64,000 nucleotides of DNA from Humidesulfovibrio sp. (GTDB lineage: Bacteria; Desulfobacterota; Desulfovibrionia; Desulfovibrionales; Desulfovibrionaceae), in the NCBI GenBank assembly GCA_031292175.1, contig JARLHQ010000028.1:226475-290474 (forward strand). The letters run 5' to 3'. Position numbers and translations under genes: made by a program. Shown one piece after another: positions 62,201 through 64,000 of this stretch; within the stretch, counting starts at the first letter, position 1, and each line of letters starts with the position of its first letter. The notes beneath the pieces were generated by a model that worked only from the letters and a program-made list of their open reading frames with translations, ran no database searches and was not told where the DNA came from.

Positions 62201-64000
62201 TCGCGGCGCTGGTGGCCAAGAGCCAGCCCGACACCCCGGCCCATGCCGAGGCGCTGCTGCGGCTGGGCCTGGTGCAGGCGCGGCTGGAACAATACGCCCT
62301 GGCCATCCCCTCCATCGAACAGGCCACGAAGATCCTGGCCAACCTGGAGCTCGCTCCCAAAGAGATCGAGGCCCTGTCCAGCCTGGGCGCGGTGCTGGAG
62401 AACGCCATCCAGTACGACCGGGCGCTGACGCGCTTCGAAGGCGCGGCCAAGCTGTCCCGAAAGACGGGCGCGCAGGAGCTGGTGGCCAAGCAGTACTTGA
62501 GCATCGGGCGCATACACGACATGCGCCTGTCGCAGTACGCCCAGGCCAAGGCCGCCTATGGCGAGGGCCTGCGCATCTACACCGCCCTGGGCCGCAAGGC
62601 CGACATGGCCCAGGCCCTGCTCGACATCGGCCGCTGCGACCGGCTTCTGGGCGACTTCCCCGGCGCCGAGGCCAAGTACGCCGAGGCCCTGAAGCTTGCG
62701 GATGCAAGCCCGGACGCGGCACAAGACAAGGAGCGCCTGCGCGACCGCATCGTCATCGAGCAAGCAAACAACGCCTGGTATCAGGCGCGGTTCCAGCAGG
62801 CCTTTGATCTGGAGCGCCAGGTTCTGAAGAGCGCCGAGCGCAACGGCTGGGTGCTGGAGCAGGTCATCAGCCACAACACCGCCGGGCTTCTGTGGTGGAG
62901 CCTGGGCGACCATGAGCGCGCCGTGCGCGAACTCGACGCCGCCCTGCCCCTGGCCGAGTCTCTGCGCATCCGCAAGGACGAGGTCGCCACCACCCTGAAC
63001 AACCGGGGTCTGGTGGAGCGCGACATGGACCAGCCGGAGAAGGCCCTCAAGACCCTGAACGAAGCCTTGGCCATCGATCGCGAGATCCGCTCGCGCTGGG
63101 CCATCGCCTACGACCTGCGCAACATCGCCCAGACGTACATCCGCATGGGCGACGCCAAGAAGGCGCTGCCGATGCTGGACGAGGCGCTCTTTATCGTGGC
63201 CGCCACAGGCAACCGCATCAACCAGACCAAGATCCTGCTGGCCATCGGCGAGGCCCAGCTGTCGCTGGGCAACGCGGACAAGGCCAAAGACGCCTTCGCC
63301 CAGGCCGATGAGCTTTCCCGCGCGCTCGGCCTGCGCGACAGCCAGTGGCGCGCCCTGCACGGGCTGGCCCGCCTGGACATCCTGGCAGGCAGGCGGCCCG
63401 AGGCGCGCGCGCTTTTGGAGCAGGCCGTGAGCGTCATTGAGGGCATGCGCGCGGAACTCAAGGTAGACCAGCTGAAGGACGGCTTCATCGCCGACAAGTC
63501 CGTGGTGTACGAGGACCTGGTGACGCTTCTGGCCGACATGGGCGAGGTGGCCGAGAGCTTCCGCACGGCCGAGCGCTCCCGCGCGCGCAACCTCATCGAC
63601 CTGCTGGGCAACCAGCGCCGCGCCCCGCAACGCAAGGAAGACAAGGCCCTCTTCGACCGCGTCGCCTCCCTGCGCGCGCAGTTAAGCGAGCAGGAAGCCC
63701 TGCTGGCCCACGCACAGAATCCAAACGAGCGGGAGGTCTACGGGCGCGGAGTCAAGCGCATGCAGGACGAATACCGCGACGTGCTGCTGGAGCTGCAGGC
63801 CAACCGCCCGGACATCGCGAGCCAGGTGTCCGTGAATCCGCTTTCCCTGGCCGAGGTGCAGAAGCTGCTGGAGCCCGGCGTGGGCCTCTTGACCTATTAC
63901 GTGACCAAGGATGAGGTGCTCTGCTGGGCCGTCTCGCCTGATCAGGTGGCGCTGACGCGCACCCGCCTGGGCCGCGAGACCCTGGGCAAGATGGTGCTGA
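56257..64000 (+). CDS. giant exported PD40/TolB propeller-TPR-CHAT protein (>2580 aa, 3' end beyond window)
   Basis: Open frame from ATG 56257 to the window end (absent from the ORF track because it has no stop); signal-like N-terminus; TPDGKWL, SADGKRLAF, FSPDGRTLYF, SPDGRRLAF repeats; many TPRs; pre-CHAT motif AERSRARNLIDLL at 63568. Confidence 0.8.
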   Translation, partial: MNAHTLRDILAGTALTLCLLPGVLGSEELLAAPPAKSAPAKNPAKAVKTTTDPGVSVKALVDDALRPMGQRMAPRKLDVNQPEQVSFETGAVQQADVTPDGKWLVVSKLSGGYAELWLRSLDAALSVLPRRLAPALADRISPALSADGKRLAFVGLEDDVKGDIYLLDLTKPDAAPVRLTGRDTEDGAPVFSPDGRTLYFHQRLPGESVRRIVALDLAGGQSASKAPLRVIATGGDASQPAVSPDGRRLAFVSARQGGSAVYLQDLAGGAPVRLTNGRGGEFMPRFSPDGATVYFVSAPVPALTGGSGGLKPTIASADALHPGGTAQGLTSAQNADSAPLLAGQGAGVRLYFLTAQNGPTNLWSLPVEGEIPSRPAGELLALADTLASQIPVDRHLAILAYGRAAKAAGGSGPIAAQALFAQGRQYEALGLESEALAAHRSAADLGVAPQSGYARIRALLLNETFERRQAVNDKGRKQALDATLSALLTLNSGDPRVTCQANIERARLLFEQGGGGAALMEAIRILDAQLAATGHTDEQSAEALFLKAEAFSRIGQIQAVLPLYAQVIRQYPEDGPWADLAVSRVLDQSVAGTGKKYEDKARELVLLSEQYRKDLPKLSLGAQNRLGDVYYAADEWAKAKDAYRQSIASAQETPQVATQLAAARLALAEILYREERFHQALDLYETEMAARPYEDRLYRLAKAAHLRKSVAAGDYLLRIGEVPSARAIFGSLLRDDPDFVPAHRGLISASAALRTIPATLAEYRAKLAQKPDDASLLYATGLTMTYLDGKAALLDARKLIVRAIEKNGQVEYFHQTLGYIDEVLETVHHERGKLEAALESYQRALFLNAREENPENAANLELNIGNVHFLLGQYASAYEAYAKRYDSKIPFDNEETEILFYERFGAAAFQAREPGKPILAYAKSLELVEKRIQPKYASVVFGHINRYVFDRVLTPALGRADAADKAKVLADRQSELNNRLFDASTKPVGPPPDPAWKTYAAAVESLLSEQERIIRELPPLMQSDDRDANMQTLAVMTAKVRETLGFPPRFAQLRAELNDRLGLAYQETGRWHEARECFEKALAMNTALGLNQNLAANQRSVSYNAFMEAGLTTGQDRDQLLAKAEEGFRRIPELVNKYGVADKKGGGRKGGLINLEFDVALDKGAASQATYGFSAAQELRLAETFLSRIATERGRPREALGLVERQFSKFTKGEVAPQDAFGAALLLHRAGLLETSLGSEALAFERFRRSAGLALELQNPVSASLNVADMAATLVSLPATTDDFTARAAELRQMEKQTALALRHAALGADSLAAPAFDNIMAAHDLALADRIGASDAAVPAATAAQAMDALSRAGQRVADGLAWFGVNPPATRRALALNAALRLNQAALALRLGEDNQRAVSLQSALVLADRGLLPDVRWRALSGLGRLKEALSVLEALPVDSLACGPGEITRAFAPLVAGLMDTGKAEDAYNMQERLSELERVGRMSRLGVPSPSVMELGLLRRSGQRLLAIRDLKARMAAAKDQERLDLSRRVEQEEEILKRDLGAEREFLPGVAHLGASPAEQDWLTMLFGLSAELSATADAAIIAGDSTTGTTLRRRHAEVAARLTALKAEAANALGRQDVPGALGLILAAPTEAIDLMEALPKGVKALRVALLPGNRWAGFSLDADALRTVSLGNGPSPFLPALAPGEKRLLLCDEPSVLSPRDLQGALSLGFSGTYMRRSLAVRKPFRRNLVFVSGTFATPNAFQAVSVDVASPALPQSVAGAHTLVASVPVRATETAPSRQDELPVRFLALTPDKGEPRALATLAAQLRDASLAVLPQAAPEDLALTAQLLALYGVPSVLTEPLGASNAAPKSFVEPFLAAYADAAASNAKAQAQAKAATPAPWLLFGDPGLNAQEAGLFAASQFSSYVRSGLTAFKAGKNAQALGQFENALRVARAVDPSGQFKKHLPDLLAYGRESAYGAGEFQKSLAFAQELAALVAKSQPDTPAHAEALLRLGLVQARLEQYALAIPSIEQATKILANLELAPKEIEALSSLGAVLENAIQYDRALTRFEGAAKLSRKTGAQELVAKQYLSIGRIHDMRLSQYAQAKAAYGEGLRIYTALGRKADMAQALLDIGRCDRLLGDFPGAEAKYAEALKLADASPDAAQDKERLRDRIVIEQANNAWYQARFQQAFDLERQVLKSAERNGWVLEQVISHNTAGLLWWSLGDHERAVRELDAALPLAESLRIRKDEVATTLNNRGLVERDMDQPEKALKTLNEALAIDREIRSRWAIAYDLRNIAQTYIRMGDAKKALPMLDEALFIVAATGNRINQTKILLAIGEAQLSLGNADKAKDAFAQADELSRALGLRDSQWRALHGLARLDILAGRRPEARALLEQAVSVIEGMRAELKVDQLKDGFIADKSVVYEDLVTLLADMGEVAESFRTAERSRARNLIDLLGNQRRAPQRKEDKALFDRVASLRAQLSEQEALLAHAQNPNEREVYGRGVKRMQDEYRDVLLELQANRPDIASQVSVNPLSLAEVQKLLEPGVGLLTYYVTKDEVLCWAVSPDQVALTRTRLGRETLGKMVL

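Overview
High-GC bacterial chromosome segment. Gene content and order (ferritin next to 2-oxoacid:ferredoxin oxidoreductase, AccA-AccD fusion, NIL/4Fe-4S and CheZ-like genes behind ileS-lspA) suggest a Desulfovibrionaceae sulfate reducer (inference). Bases 1-43.9 kb are mostly core genes: argH/G/F, ybeY-phoH, an ArsR/SmtB metal-efflux pair, c-di-GMP and cAMP enzymes, ettA, an rpsA copy, acetyl-CoA carboxylase, korAB, ferritin, dnaX-ybaB-recR-recD2, ilvE, beta-carbonic anhydrase, an orphan flaG, ileS-lspA-cpoB and tRNA-Arg(CCG). Best candidate for an undescribed system: a seven-gene minus-strand operon right after the tRNA (44073-48636). It encodes three DUF2589-like paralogs (the first with a long amphipathic beta-hairpin), a small protein, a lipoprotein, a signal-less peptidoglycan-binding lysozyme-fold protein and an orphan, which reads like a self-assembling delivery or pore device with a cell-wall toxin and an immunity protein. 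Second candidate: a translationally coupled operon (51900 to beyond 64000) joining an AsmA/YdbH-like bridge protein, a YnbE/YdbL-like lipoprotein and a >2580-aa exported PD40-TPR-CHAT protein. Also noted: a SodC lacking a Cu ligand and the catalytic Arg, a Pho-box-preceded EAL-CBS-GGDEF gene and sigma28/sigma54 promoters. All family assignments are from motif recognition by eye; no searches were run.
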